From: Tubulanus polymorphus
Lineage: Eukaryota; Animalia; Nemertea
Assembly: GCF_964204645.1 (NCBI RefSeq)
Contig: NC_134027.1
Span: 6,604,485-6,668,484, forward strand
Reading direction: 5' to 3'
Length of the DNA: 64,000 bases
Positions 1 through 11,220 of this stretch are shown here, piece after piece. A program made the translations under genes and the position numbers. How positions within the stretch are numbered: the stretch's first letter is position 1; every line of letters starts with the position of its first letter. The notes below the pieces were generated by a model. That model was not told the DNA's origin, did no database searches, and saw only the letters and a list, made by a program, of their open reading frames with translations.

Positions 1-130
1 CCCCTTTGTAAATGCTTATAACTTTGAGGTCTAAGACGAACTGACATTTTGACAACCATTAATGGTGGTTACCATTTCATTGGTTTCCATTCTGAGCCTT
101 GAAAATTCATTTCCGTAACTGTTTGAATAG

Positions 131-3100
131 ATTTATCTTCTGTGCTATTCTTTGGTGCAACAATTGAGGGTCAACTTCTCCAAGATAAGTAAGTAGTACT
201 CATATTGTGAAATAGATAATTTGTGGTCCTTGCGTTGTACCTGCAGTTAGCCATTAAATCCTCAATATCTGGCTGTTTTTAGTGAAAGTTTTATTGATCT
301 TGAAATCTAATTAAGATAGCGCAGTTTCTGTACTATGTGTGCTGAGGTGATGATTGTTTTTCAATGATAATCCTTCATTTATTATGTGTACAGTTTTTAC
401 ATGCATGGTTTTGGCTTTTTAGATTTTAGTGCGCGTTTTAATTCATCATGTGCGCTGACCCGTGGTATGTGATATTTTGTATGTGCATGTGTGTTTCTCG
501 AAAAAAGGGAGACATTTCAGTTTATTATTTCTATGGGTTGTGCACTGAAATCAAATTCTTTTTTCAAGATTATTTAATTGTCCACATTTAAGTTGAGGAT
601 ATGACTTGGTGTGTGCGGTCAACGCTAACAGGCTCCAATTTATATGGGGTTCTGCTGTGGTCTTGTGATATATCATAGCAATATCATCTTCCTTGATTTA
701 TTCTTTTAAATATTTTTTTAGTGATTACAATTTTCTCTCAACCTTTCAAATAATTTATTTTTATGTTGTATGGTAGTTTAGAATTTCTTTTCCCATTCAT
801 TACCAGTGACATGCCTGAGGACGATCATTTTGAAGACTTATAGATTAGATTCTGGTGTTAGCTCATTTAACTGACGTTGATTTTTTATTTTAGAAAAATA
901 TATGCTGTTCTTCAATGAAAATATTTAATATTCCAGATTTGGTGAAAGTATAGGAGGCAGTCTGGTTGTAGCTAATCTTGCCTGGCCATCACACTGGGTC
1001 ATATTAATCGGTTCCCTTCTGTCTACTATTGGAGCAGGTTTACAAAGTCTGACTGGTATGTGTTTTTCATTCCCTTTTGATATGAAATCTATAAAGTTAT
1101 TCAAAGACACTGAATACAGATTACCTTTGTTCCACAAAATCTTCCTCAAAAAGTTTTTCTAATGAAATGAATGGTGTTCTGATTCGTTATTCCTTTGCAG
1201 GGGCTCCGCGATTGTTGCAGGCCATTTCTAAGGATGGTGTTATCCCTTTCCTGAAAGTATTTAGTGTTACAACAAAGAAAGGTGAACCTGTGAGGGCTTT
1301 ATTGATGACTGCATGTATTACAGAACTGGGTATTCTTATAGCTAGTTTGGATTATGTGGCACCAATAATCACTATGTAAGTACCAGTAATATAATCATAT
1401 GCTGGGGTACTTATAACATTTTTCGTGTACAGATTCAGAATCAAATTTTTGATTCGGTTCGTTCCAGGTTCTTCCTCATGTGTTATGGTTTCGTGAATTT
1501 GGCGTGCGCTTTGCAGACGCTGTTGAAAACGCCGAACTGGAGACCACGATTCCGTTTCTATCACTGGTAAAGATCTTATATTGAACTGGCGCATCTTTTA
1601 ATCTTAAATATGAAAATTTACTGTTGTTTCTATTTTATGATTTCAGGACATTATCACTGTTGGGTTTGTTGTTATGTATAGCATTGATGTTTATTTCAAG
1701 TTGGTATTATGCACTTGTCGCTCTTGTAATAGCATTTGCCATTTACAAGTATATCGAATACAAAGGGTACATCGGTTAAATTACCAATTATCTATTTTCG
1801 CACGTATGAAACATTTTAGATATGATCTTTTTTTTGGTATTTTATAGAGCTGAACAGGAATGGGGTGATGGTATCAGAGGTTTAGCAATGTCTGCAGCTC
1901 GTTATGCACTTTTACGTTTGGAAGAGGGTCCGCCGCATACTAAAAACTGGAGGTTTGTTGATTCTAATGTCTGCACATTGATACTTATATACTTATCCGT
2001 TGACTTCCTAACATGTATCCTTTAAATTTCAGACCCCAAGTGATGGTTTTGATTAAACCGACTGATTTCCTACAAGTGAAGACTCAGAGAATGTTATCAT
2101 TTTCAACTCAACTCAAAGCGGGTAATTTTTTTAAAAGTTGTCTGTAGTGGTTGTGGGATATTTTCGTCTATTATGACCATGTTCATTTTGCAATTTCCTA
2201 GGTAAAGGCTTAATGGTCGTAGGATCAGTTATTGAAGGTGACCTTGCACACCGCGTCGATGATCTGGAAGTATTTAAGCAGGTAACTATCACTGGCTGTC
2301 TTGATTAATTGCTGTCTTGAGCAAAAAATGTTTCTGGATTCTATTGGTTGTTCAATGTTCAATAATTCATGATCAGTTTCATTGACCAATCGAATTGTTT
2401 TTTGAAACATCTCTGAATGCATTTTCACTTAGACACTGAAATCAGTAATGAAAGACGAGAAAGTTAAAGGATTCGCTGATGTACTAGTAGCTAAGAATAC
2501 AGCAGATGGTATCAGCCACCTGTGAGTAAAAATCAGTTTAGTTTTCTATCGTATACATCAATAGGAGTCTCCTTTAAATGGTATAAAATTGCATCTTTTT
2601 AGTTCATTAGTTCATTATCAATTTAATCATACAGTTGCCCATGATCTTATGATAATTATTGGTTATTTGGCTATCATCTGTTACTTCAAATAATATTTTT
2701 CAATTTGTTTATTTATGAAGGTGTCAAATAGAAGGTTTAGGAGGAATGAGACCAAATACTGTGATGCTTGGCTGGCCTACACAATGGGGACAAAACCATC
2801 ACACTACTACATGGCGAACATTCGTAGGTATGTGAATTATTATCATTATTATCATTACTATAACTAAACTTATATCGCGCCTTATTACTCCAATACGGCT
2901 CTAAAGTGCTGTACATAAAATTAAAAAATCAAGTTGGGTACTTGACCTAAAATTTGTCATACCTTACATACTGAATAAAATATTCACAGACACTAGGCAA
3001 ATATTTACTGAAATTTCGTTTAGAGAAACGAGTTTTCAAATCATAAATCTCACCATATGTGGGATATACAGTTTCTACATTTTTAGTTGGTTTTTCTGCT

Positions 3101-5285
3101 TTGATAGGCTTTATGTATTGACATGTTTGTATATGTAGTACATATATTTTGCTTCTGTCTTGTAGATACAATTCGAGTAGTGAACAAGATGGCGAATGCT
3201 CTCGTCGTACTGAAAGGTGTTGATAATTTCCCGAGCAACTATGATAAGATATCCTCTGGTACTATTGATGTCTGGTGGATTGTCCGTATCCTTGAATAAA
3301 TCAATCATATCACTAATAGAATGAATATGTTAATCACTGGTAACACTATGTTCAGTTGTTATTAATTTTATTGATATCTATTTAGTTCTGTGAATTTTAT
3401 TAGAAACTACTAAATTTATGATTTATTATTGTCATTTTGTTCCATAACTGCAGCCATACAGATGATGGTGGTATGTTAATGTTGTTACCATTTCTGCTCA
3501 GACAACACAAAGTGTGGAAGAACTGCAAGACGAGAATATTCACAGTGGCGCGTATCCTTTTGAACAAATCACTGTCGGAAATGTACATTTTCCATGATAA
3601 TGGTCTAGATCCTGTGGTTGATATCATGATATGGTTTTGGCACATTTTTCCAAATTGATAAAACTAATTCTTACAGTTAATTCTCAATTTGTATCCTTGA
3701 CTGTTTGACGTACAGAAATGGAGGATAATAGTGTACAAATGGAGAAAGATTTGAGGACATTTATGTACCATCTACGAATGGATGCAGAGGTTGAAGTAGT
3801 TGAAATGGTATGTGCACACAAAGGATTGTCTCTATCGAATATCTTGATCATTTCATAGGCATACTGGATGTACTGACAAAATAGATAGGTTTTTTGAGTG
3901 CTTGTTCTGCTGCAGTCTTTCTATTCTTGCTATTTCTTATTACAGACGGATAGTGATATATCGGCCTATACAGTGGAACGAACTTTGATGATGCAACAAC
4001 GAACACAAATGCTCAAACAGATGCAATTACGTAAACATGCAGCTAAAGTGGATGTGAGTTATTTCAAAAATCTACATATCTTGTCAAAACGTTTCAAACT
4101 CTTAGATAAATTAATCCCACAAAGCTTACCAACCTTATTTAATTCAACTATCATTATTATCATAACTGTAACTAATATAGTTTTTTAGAAAAGATTTAAT
4201 ATCTTTACTTCGAAGATGCATGATATGCAGTGATTTCATTAATCATTTCAGGCACAAAATATAGTTGAACGTGCCCATACACCAGGTACATCAGGTGTCA
4301 AAATAGCCATGGATAATAACATGATTCCTGCCACTGAGAAGGATGAGGTTATTGAGATGACTGAGACAGAAAAGAATAACACTAATATGAAGCCTGAAGA
4401 AATGAATTTGTATACATTCTCGCCCGGTGCTGCTAAGTCTTCCCCGAAGCCAAGAGTTGAATCATTGTTCAAGTCTGATAAACTCAGCGTTGAACTGTAA
4501 GTAATGTGCTAAGGTTTATGATGTGAAGCGTGAACAATAAGCAGGCCCATAGTGTGAGGAATATGGGGTTGGGTTCGTTTTTAATTCGGTTGGAACTGAG
4601 GAAAAACTTTGAAAATTTGATACTCATAAAATGGCCTCTGAGTGATTTCCAAATTGGCTATACCGGGGTATGTACCGTATTGTATTATGTTGTATTAGTT
4701 GTAGTGTTAAATGTTTAACCTTAGTGATTCTTTAAAAACAAAAACCACCAAAGATACCCAACCACCCCTCCACGTTACTGGAATGATAAAGTTATATATT
4801 CCATTTGAAAGTATCAAACTTAAGGTCTACTGAATCAACTGAGCCAGTCTTCAATATTGTATATTTGCAGGGATCAAAGAAATGTCAAGAGAATGCACAC
4901 TGCTGTCCGTTTGAATAAAGTAATCACTGAAAAATCGCAAGATGCGCAGCTTGTGATAATGAATTTGCCTGGAGCACCAAAAGATAAATCCGGTGATGAA
5001 AACTGTATCTTTTTCTGAGACTTGTCATTCATTCCATGCATCTCATTCAGATGATATTCAAATCATCAGTAAATATAATTCATTTATTTACCAGTTGAGC
5101 TAAGAAATACTAAAATGTACATTGTTCATTGAATATTTCATGGAATTTTCATTATTGTTTAGATGTGGTTCATCCTTGACATCATAATTGTAGATATGTC
5201 TTTCTTGGAAGCATTAACTGATGGTTTAGATAAAGTTGTGATGATTCGCGGAGGAGGCCGAGAAGTTGTTACGATCTATTCGTAA
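131..5285 (+). CDS. K-Cl cotransporter (SLC12A4/5/6/7, KCC family), 3' portion; about 17 exons in window, 5' end lies upstream of the window
   Basis: Spliced exons read [20 protein letters not shown]|[20 protein letters not shown]...GAGLQSLTG|[11 protein letters not shown]...[10 protein letters not shown]...[37 protein letters not shown]...[19 protein letters not shown]...MHTAVRLN...[12 protein letters not shown] (stop 5283-5285). These are KCC-diagnostic motifs; introns are GT-AG. Confidence 0.96.
3286..3461 (+). other. U12-type (minor spliceosome) GT-AG intron in KCC
   Basis: 5' splice site GTATCCTTG; branch-like TTCCATAAC about 13 nt before the AG; splicing restores WWIVH|DGG. Confidence 0.85.
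3552..3715 (+). other. U12-type GT-AG intron in KCC
   Basis: 5' splice site GTATCCTTT; branch ATCCTTGAC about 14 nt before the AG; splicing restores TVAQ|MEDNS. Confidence 0.9.
5005..5193 (+). other. U12-type GT-AG intron in KCC (last intron)
   Basis: 5' splice site GTATCTTTT; branch ATCCTTGAC 13 nt before the intron end; splicing restores ENY|MSFLE. Confidence 0.85.
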
Positions 5286-8054
5286 TGCGCATCTACCCAT
5301 TTCACAATCGCCGCCATTTTATTCCTCGTACGTGTCAGAATATTTTCCCGCTTTGATGGATTATGGAAAAAGTTGTTTTCCTCAGCTTTGGAATCAATAC
5401 TGAGGTTATTTAGCCAAAAACGTATTTTGTATCGTTTAGAGGACAGTTGACATGCCGATAAGCAGCTTTTTATACTTGTTTGAATTCAAACTTTCTTCTT
5501 GGTTACTCGTTAAATTATTTGTTCACAACTTATGGTGAATATTTCTTCAAGGCGGTGCACAGGGGCTTTTTACACACCTAGGTGCAACAAATCAATTCTA
5601 CGTATTCATTTCCATCTTGTACCTGGTATACCTGGCGAAACACACTATAAGTGTTGTGATCAGCTGCTACAATAAAATCACAAATTCATTTGGCATGATT
5701 GGTCGGATTGATGCTGAGATTCTAGAAAATCTACATTCTTTTTTGGACTCAATAAAATTGTTAAGTACCCGGTATCAAATGTAAATAAAACATATCAAAA
5801 CCAGTCTGTTGTAGCAATTTCTTCACAATTTGTATCTGCTGTTACTTAGTACATGTTACTATAATGTAGTACGCTAGTTTTGATGTATAAAAGTTTTCCT
5901 ATATTTGCCTGAAAGGTTGGCTCACAACATTACCTCATTTAGCAGTTATTTATGAAGAAAAATCTGTATATATTCATCTTCTGAAGATGTCCTGTTTAAA
6001 TGACATCAATTTTTCCTTGCACAGCTTGAAAAGACAATAACAAATCAATTACATTTAGGTACAGCCTCATCCAGTCCCACTTCGTTCTGATTGTGATCCA
6101 ACCCAGAGATTGTTAGATTGATTGTTTGCTACATCCAGTACCTGTATCAAATCTTCTCATTTGGATCAAAACTTGCCATATGTATTGTGCTATGTGAGTG
6201 CTCTGTAAATGGTAACTTCAAATATCATCTCACCTGTTACCTCAAATAGCTGATTATTTTGAAGGTTTTATTCAAAACATTCAGTCTATGCATTAACAAA
6301 GGTCTACATTAAAACGCGGGGCAGTCGGGTTGTAGCGACGTTGTGACAATGCAATTTCTGTTGTACATAAAATTGAAATATTATATTTATTGAGGATGAG
6401 AATTTTTATGTATTTTGTAGAACTATGATACACGGATACTCTTAAAACTGTTCGTATACGTGAATGTAGGCAAGAACAGTAAATACTCTGTTTTTGAATG
6501 AACTGATGGTTTTTTTATCGTTTTTTTTCATTTTCATGCATTAAATTAAAGCTCAGAATTTTGTAGATAGATTCTCGGATTTTAAAGTTAACATCGTTTC
6601 AGTGAAGCTCAATAGTTATAGATGCACATTTAAAGCGCGTGATTATCAACTCGATCTCAATCATTGATATAATCAATGTCATTGGGACTTTTATTACGTA
6701 CCTAGAATTTGCTTATTATACGGACTGTATGTCCACTTATGTTATTTATGCCCAAGTATTCCCATGTTAATATGAGCCATATGATTGCAGCCATTGGGTT
6801 GAAATCATTTTCACCATCTACATCTGTATTGTTAGTCTTCATTTTTTCATAAAAGAAATACCTTTTTCACGTTTTAGTGCGATCATAACACAATTTAAGA
6901 GCATTGTATCATTCAAGTACGTTGATTTGTATGAGGAAACTGTATTTTATGTTTGTTTAACCGATTCATTTTGATAGTACATGTATGTAATAATAAACCT
7001 GCAACTTTTAATTGAATTTTGTCTGTTGAAAATTAATTGCTATAATATTTGTATTCACATTACGGTTGGAATTAAGATAATAAAATCGAAAATACGTTTG
7101 ACGTTTGTTTGATTTATTCAGGCTTTCAGTGTTATGATATGTAGGTGATTTCACCCCGTCCTGGCAGTGGTTGTTTCTCCAGAGATCTCCGGCGCTCTAG
7201 ATCCTAGTGGTACATCAGACACTAAGGTTCTTGGTGAAGTGGTGATATGTAAATCACTCATTATTGGCTAAGGTTACAAAAAGATCGTTCCTGATAATTC
7301 CGGATGAGTTCAGTGATTGATGAGGCCCGTGGCCAGCCATGTCTTGGAAAGCCATGTCTGGATTTTCACGACATTGGACTTTTTGTCAAAGGCGTATAGC
7401 TTGAGTCGGGTGTCCCGTGGGAGCTTCCCCAGAAAATTTGATGCAAAGAGGAGCATTCATAACTTCTGGCATTATTTAGGGTGAAAATGGAAGAAAGTTT
7501 GGCTTCTTTTTCCCGTAATTTGGCCTCAAACCGAGTAAGTTTGAAAGAATACGTATATTTCGAACGAGAAATCGGGTGTATTACATTTTCTGAAACTTTT
7601 CAGAACAACAATTAGTAGAACTAGCAGGGCCCTAATTTTGGAATAGTTTTAGGGCATGAAAGACCAAATAGCGAAAAAATATTTCAAATCTTACAAAAAA
7701 ATATTTTCCAAATAACCAGCATAATTCTTGAATTATATACGTCATGTAAAGTTCATGTCATCAATTTTCTATTTGAAAAGATACAACTCGCTAGCAATAC
7801 CGGATATAGGCTATTACATTTCATTGAGACAAACAGCAGCTGTTTCGTTAACTTTCAAATTGTTGTTCGCTTGTCAAATTGCTATCTAAATGGAAAAAAT
7901 AAAACTCGCAGTACCGGGTATTCAACATTACATTGAGACAAACAACAGATGTTTCGTAACTTTCAAATTAGTCAAAAAGCTATCGTACAAATTTTATATC
8001 GAAATAGAATCAAGATAATAAATCATTTCATTTCAAGTGCAAACCTCAAGCGAA

Positions 8055-8587
8055 ATGAATGCGAAACTGTTGATTCTCGTGGTTGCGATTTTTATGATAG
8101 GCGTAAGCCTAAACGTAGAAGGTATTTCACACATTTTAACTTTGATTATTTATTCTAGGATTGAAATAGTACTATCAATTGTTTACCAATGTTCCCTCGG
8201 CGTGGGGTTTATCATACGTGATGTCGGGTCGTTGACCTTTCCAGTCTAGTCTTGAAATGAGGCCGATACTAAAACACCATTTAAAAAAGTCAAAATGGGA
8301 TCGTTTTTAGGTTATTAGATTTCATTTTTGTATCATTCAGGGGCAGTTCTCTCCGGTCGACTTGACCGATGTCCAGGAAAGTGTAGTCCCTGCTGTTGCC
8401 CCGGAGTTATGATGTGCCGCCGAATTCCAAACTGTTGTTTTCAAGACGTAAGTATAGGCTTATAATATACGTTGAACGTGAAAATGTATTTAAAAGAAAT
8501 GTTTATTTTCTAATTTTCAAAAGTTTTATTGAAACATCGAGATGATGAAATGGCTTTTTTGGTCTCAATTTTCAGGATATCATATAG
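8055..8587 (+). CDS. Small secreted cysteine-rich peptide precursor, copy 1 (61 aa; exons 8055-8121, 8341-8447, 8576-8587)
   Basis: Spliced ORF MNAKLLILVVAIFMIGVSLNVEG|AVLSGRLDRCPGKCSPCCCPGVMMCRRIPNCCFQD|DII*. It has a hydrophobic signal peptide, canonical GT-AG introns, AATAAA at about 8688, and a paralog 1 kb downstream. Confidence 0.85.
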
Positions 8588-9020
8588 AAGACAATGCCAG
8601 TTATGAGAAAAAGTAACGATCGATAATGACTGCTGGTGGTTTCGAGGAATTACATCACTCTCTTCTATAAACTATTGTATTCAATCAAATAAAATTGATA
8701 TAAAAATCGTGGTTGTTATAGAAATTGTGCTTATTCATCGAATGATGTCGGATTTATGAATAAACCTACGTTGATTATTCTACTCGTTGAACTATCATTT
8801 AATTACTAGATATGAACGAATTTGATTGCACAAATCAACCTATCGAAGTCAACTTAGTTCTTAAAAATAAAATTCTCATCAATCATGCGTTCCATATCAT
8901 TTATACTTCAAAAATTCCGGTTCATATCTTTTTTGTTTCCACATGCCGAATTCACTTGAAATTGATATTTATAACAGTAATTGAGGCTAGAACCGTCAGA
9001 TATCTCGAGGTGCTTTTAAG

Positions 9021-9555
9021 ATGAGGGCTGCTAAATTTGTAATAATTTTCGTGGTTGCAGTGTGTCTGTTAGGAGAACAGAGAGCACAAGGTAAAGCCTA
9101 TGGCGACTAGGTTTTTAGATTTGTTGGTTTGTCAGAAAATTACGGTCTTGTTATAAAGGAATTTACGTCTAAATATGTACTGAAATGTTGCAGTTACTTT
9201 TATATGTAGGCCAATCATTTTTTTAAAAATCAAAGTAGTTTAACTATCAAGCAGCTTTTATCTAAAATAGTTCTACTAATAGTCTCAACTTATCTATGAT
9301 ATGTAATGAAATATTATACTCGTGATACAGCAATCAATATTAATTGCTGTATCACGCAAACGAGCTAGATCCGCAATATCTTGATTGTAAAACTGCGAAA
9401 ATCATGGTCGTCAAAGCTGTTTCGTTTCTTTTGTAGAAGTTCCTCAACCTTACATGCCCGGTTGTCCCGGCCGGTGTAGTCCTTGTTGTTGTCCAGAGTC
9501 AGGAATCGAATGTTTTTTCAGGCCGCCGTGCTGCGATGAAATGTTCTCATTATAG
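9021..9555 (+). CDS. Small secreted cysteine-rich peptide precursor, copy 2 (62 aa; exons 9021-9090, 9437-9555)
   Basis: Spliced ORF MRAAKFVIIFVVAVCLLGEQRAQ|EVPQPYMPGCPGRCSPCCCPESGIECFFRPPCCDEMFSL*. The signal-peptide exon is followed by a phase-1 intron as in copy 1; AATAAA at 9581. Confidence 0.87.
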
Positions 9556-10610
9556 TACGATGGCAAATACAATACTATGAAATAAAAAAGAAATACATCT
9601 ACAAATAACGTTATCATGAATGCTTATCTTATCTTTTCTTTCTGCTCTTATTACCGGTAGTCAAGTGCGATGATTATGTGGAGTGTCCTAAGCTGACTGA
9701 TTTAGAAACGACTGTCTAACAAATCTTGACTCAAGTTATATTTTCAAAGCGGCGTGCGTTTCGGGTAATTAACAAGTATAAGAGAGTTTTGCTATACATT
9801 AGAATATCGTTACCTAAAAATAAGGATAATCAATCATAATTTAGGACGGATTCATAGTATCGTAAGTAGGGAGTTTATATTCCAATATTCTACATTGGAG
9901 TAAATATTTGTTAAATAATAACGCCAAGATTCTACTAACACGATAGTTTTTACTTGCCCAGATAAAGGACCAATAAATTTCACGTGTCATCCATGGTACA
10001 AGGACAAGTTAATTGTTAAAGCATTGATCCCCTCATCAGCGTCTCGCTAAAGATGCGGTCAACACGCAAATAAGACATTTAATCAAATGATGGATACTAT
10101 ACTGATCAGCAGAGCAGAGGTGCACTTTCGTCCCTTTTCATTCCTCTCTCGATGATCCAAAGAATGTCGGGATAACATTATGAAATTGTTATTCCCGTTT
10201 TCTTCAGTAGTCTTGCCGCTAGTAATTTGTCGCATCAAGAAAAATCCTCAAGCACTGAAAACTGAATATCAGCTCTTTAGACACACACAAAACTATACGC
10301 GCAAGCTATATTACAAAATTTTTTTATTTGAAAAATTACAACTACATGTACTTAATTACACTTAGTAAAACATAATTTCCATTCATTTACAGTTATTAAA
10401 GGTATGAAGCGCAAGAACAAACACTATACATGCTATTGATGTATATACATTTATCCGTATTAAGTAGACTCGCCCCTTACTCAGTGCTTAATCAAACTAA
10501 GATAAACATTTCCTGACTTATGAATTAAGTCTACAATCAATCTTGCCTCTTCTGCATTGGCTTAAATAACTTATACACTAATTCACGATAATAAACAAAC
10601 ATGTATTGTA

Positions 10611-10778
10611 CAGCCGAACCTCGTTAATACGATTCTGTTTGAGACGAAACTCCATTCATTACAATGATTTCAAGCATGTTCCAGCTAAGATAATTTATAT
10701 TCATCAAGCTTTGTATATAATACGAAATACGAAAATTTCACTTTTGCACACAAGATTCGTATTAATGAGGTTCCACTG
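10611..10778. mobile_element. Tc1/mariner (pogo/Tigger-type) MITE
   Basis: TA|CAGCCGAACCTCGTTAATACGA ... TCGTATTAATGAGGTTCCACTG|TA: about 22-bp imperfect TIRs, CAG..CTG ends, TA target duplication. Confidence 0.75.
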
Positions 10779-11220
10779 TATTTGTAGTTCACTGGAATGA
10801 TGTGATAGTAATACGCATTTTCTTCAATGCAGGTGTAGCGCTGTTTATACTTAGATATACATGTCAACTGGCCTAACTATTACGTCAACAACAACTGTTT
10901 TAAAACATTTTTCTTCATTCAAAAATCGACACGGGAAAACCCTGTAATTACACTAAATTACAAATAATGATATGTAAATTAATAAGCCATTAAAAAAATA
11001 CAGCTATTTATCTTACAACATTCAAACAATATTGCTTTTTGTATGTAAGGTTCTGGAGATGGTTATTTCCGTTTATTTGCGCGATGAAAAAGTCATTCTT
11101 GAGCTGCACTGGCCTTAGAATAATGTCTAATACTGATTTTCAATATTCATCATCACACACTGCATCAAATTCTAAGTTCATTTTTGAGATGTCTACACTT
11201 TCCTAGAATATTTCGCTGTA

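Noticed and set aside
7110-7300. Minus-strand short ORF (MSDLHITTSPR...) followed by AATAAA
   Set aside because: 36 aa, no recognisable motif or convincing upstream exon
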